A stretch of DNA of 24,000 nt from Thermoleophilaceae bacterium (GTDB taxonomy: Bacteria; Actinomycetota; Thermoleophilia; Solirubrobacterales; Thermoleophilaceae): contig DASQXU010000259.1 in assembly GCA_035639555.1 (NCBI GenBank), positions 557-24,556 on the forward strand, written 5' to 3'. The translations under genes and the position numbers were made by a program. The notes below the pieces were generated by a model that worked only from the letters and a program-made list of their open reading frames with translations, made no database searches and was not told where the DNA came from. Below are positions 22,124 through 24,000 of the stretch, piece after piece; position 1 is the stretch's first letter; each line of letters begins with the position of its first letter.

Positions 22124-24000
22124 CTAGCGGGCCACCATCACTTCGGCGACCTGGCTCGCCCAGCGAGTCATTCCGAGCTCGCCGTACTCCTCGCCGGCGG
22201 ACGCCAGTAGCGCCCGGGCGCGCTCACTGTCGCCACCCCTAGCCAAGAGCATGCTCCCGTACCCGTGCCGGGTGTGAGCTACCCATGGGCGCGCCCCCAT
22301 CGCGGCGTTGTGTGCCAAGGCCGCCTCGAAGTGGCGCGCGGCGTCATCCCAGCGCGCGAGCGTCGCCGCGAGTACCCCGAGCGGCCTCGAGACGGAACCG
22401 GTCGCGAGCTCGTCGGCGTTCGCCGCGTTGAGGTGGGCGAACGGGGCGAGAAGGTCGTACAGGACCGTGGCGGCATGGAGGTCGTGGAGCTCGTGCGCGG
22501 TGTCCGCGAGGAAGCCGAGCGAGAAGAGGAACTCGTTGTCTCGCTGGATCGCGGCGAAATCGTCGGGCGCGATTTGATGAAGAAGGTCGCGAGCCCGGTC
22601 GCGGTGCCCGAGTTCGGCGTGAACGCACGACAACGCGCACCTGAAGACCGGCCGGGTCGGGAAGTCCGCGACGGCGCGTTCGATCAGCTCTTCGATCTCG
22701 GCCAGGTCGCCAGTCTCCCTTCGGAGGAGGAACAGCTGGAGTCGATGCGAGAGAACGGCGTCGCGGCGCTGGGCGCGCTCCCCAAGCCTCAAGGCGGTCT
22801 CGATCAGCGGCTCGGCGTCGGTGAACCTGCCATGGAGAAGCGCGACGACCGCGCGTATCGCCGCTGTCATCCACAGCTGAGCCGGCTGGCGAAGCACGGC
22901 TGCCCGCTCGGCGGCGATCTCGAGCTCCGCCTCTGCATCGATCATCCGACCGAGCTCCATATGGGCGATCACGCGGTAGATTCGCCCTTCGATGGCGCGC
23001 TCGTCGTCCGACACCTGCTCCGCGAGCGCCACGATCTCGTCGGCCACCGTGAGGCGGTCCTCGGGGTTCTCCGGCCACAGCACGGCGCCGTAGCGACCGG
23101 CGAGGACGTAGGCCCGCGCGGCCGGGTCGGCCAAGCTTCGCGCGATTCCCACCGCTTGGGCGCTGAGCGACGCCCGCCGTTCGCGCGAGGGATGATCGCG
23201 AAGCGCACCAGCCAGACGAGCCATGACCTTGGCCCGAAGGTCGGGGACGTCGGCGGGCAGTGAGACGAGTGCCTCCTCGAGCAGCGGGATGAGGTGCGCA
23301 TCCGTGTACGCACGCGACCACACGAACCTGCCCCCGTAGCCGAGGGCCGCCCTGGCGAGCTCGAGCGACAGGCCGGCTCGCCTGGCCACGTCCGCGGCCT
23401 GAAGGAAGGTTGCTCGGGCGCCCGTCTCGTCCCCCGCTCGCGCCGCCGCGTCACCGAGCGCGACGAGCAGCTCGCAGCGCTCGTCGTCCGCAGCCGGCGC
23501 CGCGATGTCCAGCGCGGCAAGCGCGAGCCGGTAGAGGCGCACGGCCTCCTCATAGGCGAGCAGCTGCCCGGCGCGGCGACCTGCACGCCGCGCATACTCG
23601 ACCGCCTTGCCGGGCTCGCCTGCCGGCAGGGCCTCGTAGAAGTGGTGCGCGAGCTCGGCGAGGTGGGGGTCTGGGTCGCGCGCATAGAAGGACTCGAGGA
23701 TCTCGCCGGCCCGCCTGTGGGCCTCGCGGCGCTGGGCCGCGGTGAGGCTCCCGTAGAGCGTGTCCCGGACGAGGGCATGGGAGAAGCGAACGCGGTCGAC
23801 GGCAGACGACGGCGTGAGCACCCGTGCCGTGATCGCCTCGTCCAGGGTCTCGAGAACGGCGCTCTCCTCCATGCCGCTGACCGCGGCGAGCTCCTTCACC
23901 GGGAACTCCCGACCCAGAATCGAAGCGCCCCGAAGCAGGGCTCGGCACTCCGGCGGAAGGCGGTCCAACCGCTGGCTGATCACTTCGGTGACCGTGTCCG
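22124..24000 (-). CDS. large ATPase/TPR signal-transduction protein (AAA-TPR, LuxR-associated/COG3899-like type), C-terminal part only
   Basis: The reading frame stays open to the window edge (...DTVTE-V-ISQRLDRLP...). It contains the post-ATPase helical region RLDRLPPECRALLRGASILGREF... followed by ~500 aa of TPR-like Ala/Leu/Arg-rich helical repeats. No C-terminal HTH is seen. The N-terminal domains lie outside the window. Confidence 0.65.
   Translation of the reverse strand, partial: DTVTEVISQRLDRLPPECRALLRGASILGREFPVKELAAVSGMEESAVLETLDEAITARVLTPSSAVDRVRFSHALVRDTLYGSLTAAQRREAHRRAGEILESFYARDPDPHLAELAHHFYEALPAGEPGKAVEYARRAGRRAGQLLAYEEAVRLYRLALAALDIAAPAADDERCELLVALGDAAARAGDETGARATFLQAADVARRAGLSLELARAALGYGGRFVWSRAYTDAHLIPLLEEALVSLPADVPDLRAKVMARLAGALRDHPSRERRASLSAQAVGIARSLADPAARAYVLAGRYGAVLWPENPEDRLTVADEIVALAEQVSDDERAIEGRIYRVIAHMELGRMIDAEAELEIAAERAAVLRQPAQLWMTAAIRAVVALLHGRFTDAEPLIETALRLGERAQRRDAVLSHRLQLFLLRRETGDLAEIEELIERAVADFPTRPVFRCALSCVHAELGHRDRARDLLHQIAPDDFAAIQRDNEFLFSLGFLADTAHELHDLHAATVLYDLLAPFAHLNAANADELATGSVSRPLGVLAATLARWDDAARHFEAALAHNAAMGARPWVAHTRHGYGSMLLARGGDSERARALLASAGEEYGELGMTRWASQVAEVMVAR

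Noticed and set aside
1-24000. Scan by eye for tRNA/rRNA genes, CRISPR-like spaced repeats, transposase, integrase or toxin-antitoxin genes, and phage-defence gene sets.
   Set aside because: I found none. The only possible defence-like element is the truncated ATPase/TPR gene at the right edge, which cannot be classified without its N-terminus.

Overview
This is a very high-G+C, gene-dense chromosomal window with Actinomycetota-like coding style. Real genes carry G/C at almost every third codon position, and several start with GTG/TTG or look leaderless. Many long ORFs in the six-frame track are antisense or alternate-frame artefacts of the G+C content. I can support 22 protein-coding genes. 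I saw no rRNA, tRNA, CRISPR array, transposase or integrase. All functional calls rest on motif and architecture recognition by eye, since no database search was possible.

Gene content:
(1) A split biotin cluster. bioA (66-1352, -) sits directly behind a lipoprotein glycosidase-like gene. A tightly packed minus-strand string (10106 down to 4262) encodes a 70-aa biotinyl-domain protein, a crotonase, bioB, bioF, bioD and an alkaline-phosphatase-superfamily exported protein. An AMP-forming acyl-CoA synthetase lies between the two halves.
(2) A PlsC-like acyltransferase and a DJ-1/PfpI protein.
(3) A tyrosine/homogentisate catabolic cluster, with lrp/asnC-FAH divergent from hppD-hmgA.
(4) An SDR, then a CsoR-type repressor with a recognisable operator. 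It is divergent from an operon encoding a COG0701 permease-YHS fusion, an NmrA-like protein and a DUF4396-like membrane protein, with no CopA/CopZ.
(5) A secreted BNR/Asp-box protein, a stand-alone 5'-3' exonuclease, and the C-terminal ~625 aa of a large ATPase/TPR regulator that runs off the window.

Best candidates for something undescribed:
- The CsoR-controlled, ATPase-less metal module (16622-19586).
- The non-canonical genes wired into the biotin cluster: the biotinyl mini-protein plus a non-hydratase crotonase ahead of bioB, an acyl-CoA synthetase, and an extended BioB tail. No recognisable pimeloyl-thioester supply gene is visible here.
Both are hypotheses that need expression, binding and comparative-genomic tests.
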